This document shows, piece after piece, positions 11,311-21,849 of a stretch of DNA of 64,000 nucleotides; the stretch's first letter is position 1; the number at the start of each line of letters is the position of its first letter. The DNA lies in assembly GCA_950097015.1 (NCBI GenBank), contig CATNEN010000015.1:1240001-1304000 (forward strand). The letters are read 5' to 3'. A model generated the notes under the pieces. That model worked only from the letters and a program-made list of their open reading frames with translations, searched no databases and was not told the DNA's origin. The position numbers and the translations under genes were made by a program. This DNA comes from Macrostomum hystrix (lineage: Eukaryota > Animalia > Platyhelminthes).

Positions 11311-13489
11311 GAACCTTTTGCGAAGCAAATAAAAGTGAGTGATATGCGCAGTTGTGCGTGTTGACTCTGAAGACAGCTGGAGTTCATTTTTTGGGTTTTA
11401 CTATATATACGTGATGTGCTGTAGACTGCTGAGCAGCCTCCAGGCAATCTGTGAGTCAGGCTGTTCTAGGTCTGTGGGAGGGCTGGGGTTGGTAGTTAGT
11501 GTTCCCCGTGCACTGTCACTTCCGCTCGCCACCCCCTCCGCTCTCGTTCTCTCGTTCCAGCTCTGTCTGCGCACTGAGTCACGTTGCACACCATGGTGCA
11601 ATCGCTTAAGTTCGGAAGAAGACTGGCAGAACAACGCTCAATGCTACTACTATGAGTAGAGCACAGTCCGACGAATCCTTGAGATCGTGTTAGCATTGTG
11701 GTAGCACCACTTCTTTATATTGAAAGCACGTTTCTGTCTTCCTGTCTTCATGCGGACCTTAGGGACCTTAGGGACTAATGTAAATGTTTTAATTGCTCAT
11801 ATACTGCATGCTTCATTTGTTACATTTATATCAATATTTGTTTTAAAAACTACACCACAGACATTTGCGCACAATTGGTTTTACTTTTAATTTGTTTTAT
11901 TGATTGATTTGTTTTATTGAATAATTTGTTTTACTGTTTTTTTTCTCTACTCATCTACACTATGAATGCCGCACTCTTTTTTATGTGCCCAAAACATATG
12001 CATTTATTATATACACAAAAATAAGCTCATATCGATCTACCATAATCATTACTTAAAAATCCCACCCCCAATATTCTATTTTTATAAAATAATTCTCAAA
12101 CTCGTAATAATAAATAAATATGGTGCAAGGGCGTAAGCCGACGCACGGGTCCAACAAATCCGGATAGGATTGTTGGCGCCCACACTTAGAATCATTCCTG
12201 TCTTCATGCGTCTTACAGCGTTTCGTGTTCACTCACGTTTACTTGCATTTGTCTGCTAACTTATTGAGAAGTTAAGGCCGTGTGTTGCATTTAAAAGCAT
12301 AGCGTCAGACTTCAGAAGCAGAAATCTAAGTCTTGGGAATCATTGCTTGATTCTGTTAGATTCCGAGGAAACTTGGCAATTGGAGCCTGACTACCAGGTT
12401 GTTTCACTGCGACGAAGAACCAGAGTGTGAGGCCGGATACTTTCCTCTTGGAATCTAGTTCCTGTCTTGGTCATTTTACCAATTATGTGTGCCACGCTAC
12501 CACAGGTACAACATACGTTAGATGTGTTTAGGTCAGACAGAATTATTACTCGGATGTGATCCCAAATTAGGAAAATAATCCCACTCTATCTATTCCATCA
12601 TGATTTTATCCTTTCCACTCTAGAGGTGCGAAGTAAAGACGAACAAAAAAACTAATCTTTATTTTATCCTTTGCAGTTTGTGATTGTCTTTTTGAAATGA
12701 AACATTTTAAATCCAACATTTAGAATTTTTCGTAAGTAAACGTTTTCGCAAAACGATTTTATACCCGAAAAGTTGTCCAGCTTGGACGCTTTGAAGCACT
12801 GAGTGTGCTACTGTTTTAATCCTGTTTTAATACTGTTTTAATCCTGCCTTTGTTTTTAGTCATTTTATTACTGGGCCGTTTATACGACGGCATGCATGGT
12901 CGCATAGCTATTAGGGGTATTTGACATTTGAATTATGCTTGGTCTGACTCGAGCTGGCAAGCTAGTGGCTGTAACAACGCTAGTTTACAGATGGCCCAAG
13001 GCAGTGACGGCAGTCCAATTGACTGGCCTGCATTGTTGGACCAAGTCATCATCGAGATGGCGCCGACAAGACCAGTGTCCCCAGCCTCATCGCCGCCTGG
13101 ACGAGTGACCGCTAGCGAGCTGGCCAGCCAGATATTTTGGTCAGATGAGCCACTCGCACTTTGGCTTCTTTCTCCCCCTTCTCCCCCTCTGGATGTAGTT
13201 GTGTCAGCGTCGCCGCACACCACGTCACCGGAACCGACATCCCCTGTCCCCTCTGTGCAGTCGGAGCCACCGGAGCGCTAGGGGGAGGTTCAAAACATCT
13301 AGGAGAGTAGACAGCACAGAAGAATGATCAGAAAATTGTTGTCTAAATAAGTACTTTACTTTTCTTAAATTATTTAATGACATGAAGGCACACCTGAAAA
13401 GGCAGAAGCACACCATCCGGGAACAGCAGCGCGAATTGCTGCGTCAGCGACGCATATTGGGGTACATTCACCATCTAAAGTTTACTGTA

Positions 13490-14390
13490 GATTTCAGCGA
13501 CTGCCTTTTCGACCCCCCCGTCGGGAGGGTTTCCGCCTCCCGGAGCGCGCTTGCGCGCTTCCCATGGCTGCCGCCTTCACGCGGCGGGACCGTCCGGGTT
13601 CGCCCGGCCAAGTGCAGCCACCACCCCGGACCCGTGCGAGGGTCTTCGAGCGCCCCGGGTTTTTCCTCGCTGAGCCAGGCCTCCCAGCTCACCTGGCTCA
13701 GCTGCTTCTCAGAGCTGGTGACGTCGAGCCCAACCCTGGGCCGGCCTTCCTGTGCGGAGGCTGTGCCGAGGAGGTAGCCAGGGGCTACTCTACTTGCTGC
13801 TCCGGCTGCGGCCTGTGGTGGCACTGCCGCTGCTCTCGCCTCGCTATCGCGGCTATAAACCGGCTCCACCGGGACAAAGCGCCGTGGCACTGCCCCACCT
13901 GCGCCGCCCAGCCTGCCGCTCCAGCGCCGCAGCCCGCCGCGACGCCGGCCTCCTCCGCGGTTGCAGGCCCCATTGGCACACACCAGACGCCAACGACTTC
14001 GACCACGACAACGACGACTACGACTACAACGCCGGCGACCCCGCCCCCCCTGATGGCGCAGCCAGCGCGGGCCCGGGCGCCGAACAACAGCGGGGCGGTC
14101 TTCCGCATCGTCCAGCTCAACGCGGCAGGGCTCCGCTCCCGCAAGCTTGAACTGCTCCGCTTCCTGGAGAAGCAGGGCGCCGACGTCGCCTGCATCCAGG
14201 AGACGAACCTGTCCGGCAGCACAGCGGCCCCACGCCTCAAAGGGTGGCAGATCGCTGGCCGGAAGGACCGCAACGTCGGCCGCGACGGGGAGGCAGCCAG
14301 AACCCACCACGGGGGCGTCTGCTTCCTTGTCAAGGAGGGCATTCAATTCGCCGACCTTCGCTGACCGACAACGGCGGCTCACTTTTTTCA
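13490..14390 (+). mobile_element. 5' part of a non-LTR retrotransposon (Ingi/Vingi/I-like): 2A-like peptide + PHD finger + APE endonuclease N-terminus, 3'-truncated
   Basis: ORF 13564-14364: LLLRAGDVEPNPGP; C-x2-C...CSGCGLWWHCRC...WHCPTC (PHD); Thr/Pro linker; IVQLNAAGLRSRK...DVACIQETNL...GGVCFLVK (APE domains I-III). Confidence 0.85.
13702..13743 (+). other. 2A-like ribosome-skipping (StopGo) peptide
   Basis: LLLRAGDVEPNPGP matches the D(V/I)ExNPG/P consensus, preceded by a Leu-rich helical segment. Confidence 0.85.
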
Positions 14391-14899
14391 TCGGGATTTT
14401 TTGCGCGCTTCGCGCACTCGTGCTTTTTCCATTGACGCACTCGTAAGCGTTCATGAATTTCATTCTTATTAGAGCCATTCTAACCATAGACAAAATTCAT
14501 ATTAAGAATAAAGTGTGCAGGGAGGAACATTCCTGCACGCATAAAATTAGACTGGGAACATATAAATAAATTGTTTGCGAGCAGGAATGGAGAGTGTCAT
14601 GTGTAAAACAGTGGAGATTTGACCATTGTCATATAGTCTAGCCAACAAGTGAGTCAAAATAATGGAGATTTTACCATATACGAGCTACGTTTGCTTTTCG
14701 TAAAATATAAAGTTTGTGTTGTTGCATTATTGCACGCTAAAAGCCAGCGTGCATTATTGGCGCATTATTGCACCCTGATTGTCAATTGTCTATGGTAAAA
14801 TCTCCATTTTACCATTTGACTCACTTGTTGGCTAGACTATATGACAATGTTCCTCCCTCTACGCGCACTCGTGGTCCTAGGCGTTGTTGCACTTGCAAG

Positions 14900-15950
14900 C
14901 CGTGCACTATCTTTCAATTGATTATTTCATTCCTGAACGACTGCCTTCATTCCCGCACGCTGGCTCAAATAAGAATGATGTGTTGCCTAAGCTGGTGGAA
15001 TCATACAATACCGCAGAAGCATCAAAGCACTACCAGCTCATTGTACAAGATCCGAAACATGAAGGGTGAAGAGATTGGCGTGCTCTTTCATGTCATTGAG
15101 AAGGTTTTGAAGACAGGAAAGAGGAATGGGAAAATCCACAATCTTGTCAAGTGTGCCGGCTACAACTCCACAGGCTGGGTGGATGAAAAGGGCTTAAGAA
15201 AAGTGTAGATAAGCCGCAGTTAAAGCAGTCAGATATAGTGAGAAACATTTTTATCAACTGCAACCATGGTGAAAGTATTTCTAGTGACTTTCATTTTTAC
15301 CTTGCTTGACCTCTTTATACCTGGATCGAGATGTGGACTATGAGGCAGCTCTTGGGGAAATCCATCTGCCTGCAGCATGGTTCAATCTTGGCCAACCTTG
15401 CTGCATCTCTGTCTCAGATGGAAGAGAGCACGAAGCCCTGGTTCTTCAACCTGGACGCTTTGGCAGAGTGGAGGAGCTGTTGACCTGCCTGCCAACTCGC
15501 AGCTGCATTTCTTTGATGCCATAAGTGACACAGATGCCGCAATGGAGGCTGATCAGTCAGGTCTGATGGGACATACTTCTTCTGTTTTGTACTTTGCAGT
15601 TTGGTTTGAATTTCACGGCCCAAGGACATTGGTGCAGAATAACTCAGCTCAGGTATATCCCGCCTCACTGGATTCTGCAGTGGCTTGGATTCGGAAGCCA
15701 AGGATTAAAAGTCACACCTGGGTGTCTCGTATCTGAGCAGTTCATCGGCTGCCCGCGCACCAACCTAATTAATTTGCACTGCAGCATCATTGAGTCAACC
15801 AACTGCAACCACAGCTCCCTGCTGAGAACTGTAAGAATGGTAGATGACATTGAATGGGGTGGCTCTGTGAGCAAAGTGTTTAAGAAATCGATCTTCTTCA
15901 CCATTCCGACAGTCATCTATCAACATGGTAATAATAAATATAACTGATTA
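14900..15950 (+). mobile_element. Degenerate Maverick/Polinton-like relic: integrase C-terminus with chromodomain, then minor capsid (penton-like) gene
   Basis: DVLPKLVESYN and YKIRNMKGEEI...VIEKVLKTGKRNGK...LVKCAGY...WV resemble Polinton integrase. PLYLDRDVDYEAALGEIHLPAAWFNL and INLHCSIIES...SLLRTV...SKVFKK resemble Polinton minor capsid. Gene order INT then mCP; stops and frameshifts present. Confidence 0.65.
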
Positions 15951-16019
15951 CACCTTCCCCAATTGGGTCAGATGTGCAGCCGACAGCACAGCTGCAGCAG
16001 CTATCGCGTGGCCCATCTG

Positions 16020-16233
16020 AAAGCTGCGAACAGCTGTTCAGTCCATGGACTGGGGAACGCCACACCCACCTTCAAATATGCCAGCTAGTGCTGGTACCCA
16101 TTTAACAGCTGGGTGAACTGAAGCAATCAAGTGTTAGTTGTCTTGCTAAAGGACACAATTTGTTCCAGGGGAGTCGGGAATCGAACCCCCGACCTTTAAG
16201 TCGTGAGTCCGACGCCCTAACCACTAGGCTACA
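16020..16233 (-). mobile_element. tRNA-derived SINE
   Basis: Minus strand: A box TAGCCTAGTGGTTAG, B box GGTTCGATTCCC, followed by non-tRNA body GTGTCCTTTAGCAAGACAACTAAC...CACCCAGCTGTTAAATGGGTACC. Confidence 0.75.
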
Positions 16234-16899
16234 ATCTCTTAGGCTAATATCTACATTGTATTCGAGTGCAGTTGCGAGACATTTTTGGCAGCCTACTGAT
16301 CGCGCAGTCCAGCAGTCCTGTTTTGCTATCAATTCAGATCCGTAAAGAAAGAATTGTATGAACTACCAGCAGCTGATTCGGCACTACTCGGTAGTTCAAA
16401 CTAAAGGAGAGAAACCGGCACTCTGTGGCTGCGGCAGCGCTACAGGGCTCATGACGTACCAACCCCCACCGTTTGTCACAGCAGGAGCGGGGCTGCAGGT
16501 TTCTCAAACTGCACTGACTGCCTCTCTCTTAATCTCTCTTTTAATCTCTCCCACTTGGGGTGGGGTTCACACACTTGGACCCCACGGAATTTCCGCGGAT
16601 TTCCATGTGGCAGAGATCTGGTAACCCATACGACTACGAGTCCATTCTATCGTTATTGGCGTATCAGTCCGTACCCTCTTCGTGTGGCTCTAGCTGGCCT
16701 TCGAAAGCTTGAAACAAAATTAAAGTGAATTCTCACAGCGGAGTGTATTTTATATAGAATGTCGGCACGTTACACATTGTACATTGGCACACTGAACAGT
16801 CTAGAGATTAATGAAATCAATAGTCACTGACTATGCACATATTTATAGTCGTCAAGTATGCTCAGTCATCAGTCATCAAGATTTCTCAGCTGCTGCTGA

Positions 16900-17315
16900 T
16901 CACACCTCCAGCAGAAGCCGCACTGAGCGGAGAGACAGCCACTCGGAGCCTGAGAACCATGACATGTAGCTCGCGTCTGAGGACTCTCCAGGAGGAACGA
17001 GTCCGTTTGGATTGAAATTCAGGCAATTGCTGAACCACCAACCAGCCTTGCCGTAAGCATTCGAGCACGACGTCCTGGCTCTGTCATTGTCGCTGTCCAT
17101 GGTGGAGAAGCACATGCCCTTATGATTCGCGAGTGCATCGAATCCGACACTGGACCTGTCCCTCAGCATCTCTCGGTACGTCATCTCATATTTGGTGCTG
17201 GCGTTTCCCACCTGGAATCCAGCATACTCAGCATGCAGCTCAGTCCAATTCCACAGCTTCATCTCCACTCTGAGTGTAGCACCGCCTGCGCTGAGCGAGT
17301 GGATGGCGGCGAGAC
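16900..17315 (-). CDS. FReD family copy 2, exon 4 (FBG domain)
   Basis: CCCCGCAG|GT acceptor; LAAIHSLS...CFSTMDSDND...CSNAYGKAGWWFSNCLNFNPNG; 416 nt, in phase. Confidence 0.8.
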
Positions 17316-17454
17316 CTGCGGGGTCGGACAGAAGTCGGAGGCGCTGTTGTGAATGGCTTCATTTCATTTTTCCGTGAAACTGGTTTCGGTGACCGTAATA
17401 TGTGTATATTCTAGAGTGAAAAATAATAAATAATATTTTATTTTAAGGCATCTG

Positions 17455-17597
17455 AAGGCTGGGTACGGCTGTTCAGTTAATGGACTGGAAGGACGGCAGA
17501 CCCACCTTCAATTATGCCAGCTAGTGCTGTTACCTATTTAACAGCTATGTAAAATCACAAATCGTTTCAGTGGAGTCGGGAATCGAACCCCGACCTT
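17455..17597 (-). mobile_element. Truncated, diverged copy of the same SINE in intron 3 of FReD copy 2
   Basis: Shares CCCACCTTCAA...GCCAGCTAGTGCTG...TTTAACAGCT and GAGTCGGGAATCGAACCCC with 16020-16233. Confidence 0.65.
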
Positions 17598-18057
17598 CAG
17601 TAGTATAATTAGTATTATAGAGTAAAATAGCACTATTTTAGTTGTTGTATCACTCAAAAAAGCGATTCAAGTTCATTAGCATTCGCAGAAAAATCTAGAT
17701 CAAAAAGTCATGAAACCAATTCTGCGCCACTGTGATAACGAAGTTAATCTTACGCTTACATTTAAACAGAACTACTGTTGAGGTAGCTAGTTTTCTCTCA
17801 CCAAAGTTCTAATCGGCTCCTAAAATGTAAATTTTACAGCTCAACTGAAAAAAAACTGTTTTAGGGGAACCTGTCTTCTTATACAATACTTCTAAGAACG
17901 CAAAAGTCATGAAATTTTAGAGAGTCTGTTAATTATGTACCTTCCCAGGTCTGAGGAACCACACTGGCGCTCTCCACAGGTACGTTCAAATTAACCATGC
18001 TCCAAAAAGCTCAAGGCCCCATCCCATCTTGAAATAGAAACAGACGAATTCACACAC

Positions 18058-18367
18058 CAATCCAGAAGTCTGTCTTGTCGCCGAACCCCGCCTCATACTC
18101 AGCCCAGGTGCGTTGGAAACTAACGATCCCAGTGGACCTCTGCTGGATCTTGACAAAGTTCCGGCCAACCTGCTTGGCGCTGAGAAATTTCGAGGAGCAA
18201 AATCCTTTCTGCAGTACGAAGCCTGAGAGGAAATCACAAATGAACTGAGCATTCTCCACATAAACCGCGTCTCGTTCGACTTCGCAAGGCACTGCTGACT
18301 CGTTATCGACGTCGCCTGCCATCCAATGTGGCGGAACAAGTTGACTGGCTCGAAAGTTATAGTGGGT
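18058..18367 (-). pseudogene. FReD family copy 2, exon 3 with a frameshifting deletion
   Basis: 310 nt versus 335 in copy 4 and 320 in copy 1. FEPVNLFRHIGWQ and FVKIQQRSTGIVSFQRTW...DFWIG lie in different frames. Confidence 0.75.
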
Positions 18368-18429
18368 CTGAAAGAAAACGTTTAAAACTTTAAATATTTT
18401 TCTCAAAGAAGGTATATCTTTACACAAAC

Positions 18430-18996
18430 CTCAGCATATGGCACTGTTTCTCGAATCTGCAGAACAACTGCAGCTGAGCAGTCTTCCCGTCAGCCAATAC
18501 CCTAAGCGAACCGATTGAGAAGCGAGAGCTCAAGGCCGAGCTCACAACGCTCTGAGCACTCCACAGCTTCATGAAGGTGACCGAGCGTGGAGACAGATCA
18601 GTCAGTTGAGACCTCACAGCTTCCAGTGTGGCCTCATCTTCCAGCACTACATCCAGCTTGAGGTAGTACATGCTACGGCTGTAGTCAAACATGACTGACT
18701 CGCTGCTCAAGCTGCTGATGTTGTGGCAGAGCAGAGGCTCGATTAGTAAGTGGCCCTTGATGTCGAGTCTCTGGTGCACTCGAGCAGTGCATTTCTCGAG
18801 GTTGATCGAGCGGATGAACCGCAGCTGACGGCATGCTGGAAGAGAGTAATTTTGTCTCACCACTTCTGGTTCAAAGAAGGTCTGGTTCTGCAGCATCGGA
18901 CGGTAGCTGAGCTGATGGCAGGTGTCATTCACACGAGTCGATGCGGTCAGCATCAGATTGTTTAACACCATCGATGGAGCTGATCGAATTCTTGAT
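18430..18996 (-). CDS. FReD family copy 2, exon 2
   Basis: Open 567-nt exon with TTTTCCGCAG acceptor and AG|GTTTGT donor. Confidence 0.8.
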
Positions 18997-19082
18997 CTGC
19001 GGAAAACGACGTGAGCTGTGTTCCAAATCAAATCGCACTCTATTATATTCCTAGCTGAGTCAGATGATTACTGGGAACTTAC

Positions 19083-19579
19083 GCTAACGAGAAAATGTCG
19101 TCGACACTCCGACTTCGAAGTCGGATGAAACCCGTAGATTCGTCAGGGCTCCAAATGAAGCTATCAACTTGCACTGTGACGTTGTTTTCCATGGATGCTT
19201 GGATGCTTGAAATGGTCAGGAAGCTCAGAGACCTCGGTGACAGGTGCTCCAGCTGGCGCTGAGCTGCTGCGAGCATTCCAGCATCTCTGAGCAGCACAGG
19301 GATACTCAGGTACAGCACGTCAGTGACTGCGTCATACAGTGGACTCAAGCCTTCAAGCCTGTCCGTCACGCACATGACCGGCTCGACTGCCAAGTGCGGA
19401 CCGTCGCTCGCTCCCGTGTCGTGCACGAACACCGCGCAGCCGTTCACATTGAGCTGGGCCACGAAGCGGAGCTTCGGTGAGCCTGTGGCTGCGCACTGGG
19501 AGACCTGGCCAGCTGCCAGCGAGCAGAGCAGCAGAGCCAGCGCTGCAGTTTCCACAACTTGCACACTGAAGGATTTCAT
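19083..19579 (-). CDS. FReD family copy 2, exon 1 (signal peptide + first unknown domain)
   Basis: MKSFSVQVVETAALALLLCSLAAGQ leader; GC|GTAAGT donor. Confidence 0.8.
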
Positions 19580-19810
19580 TGCATTGCACAGAGATTCGGT
19601 TTGAAAGCTTCTATTTAGAATTATGCGTTTGCAGTTTGTGCAGTGTGAGGCATTCAGGACAAAGACGTGACTGAGCTACTGTTAAATACTCTCTGTTAGG
19701 CATGGGGTGATCGATGCAGCACGTGATGTTTTTGCAAGGACGGGAGGTTTGATTTGTTTTTAACCTGTGACAAACAATGTCAATAATAGCAACAGTAAAC
19801 TTCTTCAGTC
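19580..19810 (-). promoter_or_regulatory. Conserved upstream region (putative promoter/5' UTR) of FReD copy 2
   Basis: About 230 bp alignable with 34956-35210. Contains TATTTAA (minus strand, 19682-19688) about 100 bp upstream of the ATG in both copies. Confidence 0.45.
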
Positions 19811-20119
19811 CTAGGGATTGTGTCTTATCTTCGAAACTGTGGAATTTGAACAGTCTAGAAAACAGGTCAGCCCGCTACAGGTGGTGCAGTACACGGGTCA
19901 AAACTTTAGTTTGGAATGTATCAAGTAAAATATTTTATTTCTAATAAAGTGTAGTAACAGCCCTCCCGATCTGATCCCTTGCTCTGCTATCCCTTTCTGA
20001 CCTCAATGCTCAGCTTCTTTTGTTTCTTCTAGTTTTTGTATTGTATTTTGTATTGGTCAGCGTCAAATTGAGTTTCTAGACTTACGTTTGCAGTTGAACA
20101 GATTTTATTTTATTTCACC

Positions 20120-20990
20120 AGGTTGGTCGGGTGGCAGTGCAGCTGAAGAGGAGCGCTACCGTATCTTCATCAAGTCGGCACCTGGGGCAGACGGGGAGGA
20201 CTTCAGGGTCCAGCTTCTACTGGTAGGTCGCGAGCAAGCGGTAATGCCCGGACCTCAGTTGTGAGAGGGTGACCCTGACCTTCCGGCTTTAACTGCGCTC
20301 CGTATTGCTGATGTTGGGGGCCGGCCTACCGAGGAGGCTGTGGGCAGGCCTGCTGTCGAGGTGGAATTTGGCAGAGTGAATCGCGTTTAGATGGCTGATA
20401 GTAGAGAGTAGATAGTGGAGAGTGTTCCGGCTCGAATCGCTCAGGAGCGGGGCTCAGACCGTCTAGCAGCAGTTGAGCACCGAGCGCCCAAGCGCTTTGT
20501 AGGTGACAGCCAAAGTTTCCTTATCCTACCTCCAGCGGCAGCGACTCAGAGCGCGGAGGATGTTATTAGTGCTGCGGACGGAGTTAGCTATTATTTTAGA
20601 GGATCAAAAGTAACGCCGAGAATCTTGGGCGAGGTGCAGAAAGCCAGGCTTTTCCCGTTAAGATAGAGTGCAGGAGCAGCTAGTGTTCATAAGTAGTGCT
20701 GGTAAAAAATTGTAATTGAATCAACTAAGCCAATTTTCGCTCTGAATGTAGGTTCAGAGGTGATCTAGGTAGGGCTGTAGGAAGCCGGCTGGCAAGAGGG
20801 CCGCTGGTAAGGATAGTAATATCGTCGGCGTACTGTACAATCGACGTAGGATGATCAGGCGGCGGCATGTCGGAGAGATAGAACGCGCAGAGAAGCGGAG
20901 AGAAGCCATCCCTTTGTGGGACGCCCGCTCGGAGAATCCGTGATTTTTTTAGTCGCGAAACTCAACACGGGTAAATCTGCCATGGAGATA
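20120..20990 (-). mobile_element. Degenerate non-LTR retrotransposon RT 3' part (I/Jockey/Ingi-like)
   Basis: Minus strand: RAGVPQ...SPLL..FYLSDMPPP...IVQYADDITIL; PKILGVTFD; terminal CP.C...EDT...LF.C knuckle. Multiple stops and frameshifts. Confidence 0.75.
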
Positions 20991-21153
20991 GGTATGTATT
21001 ACATCTGACGAAAGGCGTCTGTGTGCTGATTCGTGACATTTTAGCCTGTGCTTTATCGATTTGACATAAAAGTTTTACTCCATTTTACTACTTATATTAG
21101 TAGCTAACACCCTGAAAGCCGTGTGTAATTCTAGTTATTGTGTAGCCATTAAG

Positions 21154-21502
21154 TTTTTAGGCCTTGCTTTTTATCTTCTGGTTAGGTCTTCTGTGTGCGC
21201 AGCGATATTGTCGGTTTTGTTTTACTCAATACCTTTGCGTATTTTAACTGCCCGTTCGGAGACCTGAGAAATGAATTAGCATCATACTACTGCAGTTTGT
21301 GGTGAGTAGTAGGATAAGTGTAGCTTATCACCAGCTTTGCTCAGCGCTTTGGCAGCTGGATCAGTTTATTGGCAGCATTGGCTTTCTGATAGACTTTGAT
21401 TACTGATTTTCCACTCTACCTACTGAGCCTCAGTAGCCTGATGTGCGTGATTGTCGGTTTTAATCAAGCAGTATTAATTAGCGTCGTGAGCAGTCAATGT
21501 GC
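21154..21502 (+). repeat. ~350-bp interspersed repeat, copy B
   Basis: Near-identical to 4894-5239. Confidence 0.85.
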
Positions 21503-21639
21503 TGTAAGAGGCTGATTTGTCAGGTAGCATGCACATAAAACGCGAAGAGCCATACTGGCTCGCTAGCACTTTTGTATTTGGCCAAAAACACTGGGGTGGG
21601 CGTATCCACCCCCAATCACGCCACGCAAGCACGCCGCAG

Positions 21640-21790
21640 GCGTGTTATGGTTTCATGAGTTTGCTGCTGAGTTTGGTTTCCGATCCGACACACGCGATCG
21701 TCTCCAGGTTATGCGCAGTCTGAGAATGGCTGAATGGAATGGCTGAGAAGGCTGTCAAAGTGGCGAAGAGCATTCTGCGGCAATCGCTTC
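21640..21790 (+). mobile_element. Gypsy-type integrase core fragment
   Basis: FHEFAAEFGF...SPGYAQS..NGMAEKAVKVAKSIL (integrase catalytic Glu helix), frameshifted. A second copy is inverted at 36497-36600. Confidence 0.6.
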
Positions 21791-21849
21791 CCCTCAAAAA
21801 ATTCATGCCAGCTCCTCGATATTTAACGCTTTTCCCTAGATAATTCAAG

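Noticed and set aside
10693-11342. Three overlapping ORFs of 139-175 aa
   Set aside because: Translations of a 41-bp minisatellite in three frames.
12928-13490. Pro/Ser-rich ORF and basic ORF upstream of the 2A element as a possible ORF1
   Set aside because: No recognisable RRM, zinc knuckle or esterase motif; linkage to the element could not be established.
13468-14493. 341-aa minus-strand ORF
   Set aside because: Antisense shadow of the GC-rich retrotransposon ORF; no independent features.
16171-16233. tRNA gene candidate
   Set aside because: A and B boxes are present, but the sequence continues into a SINE body, a second degraded copy exists at 17455-17597, and I could not build a clean cloverleaf.
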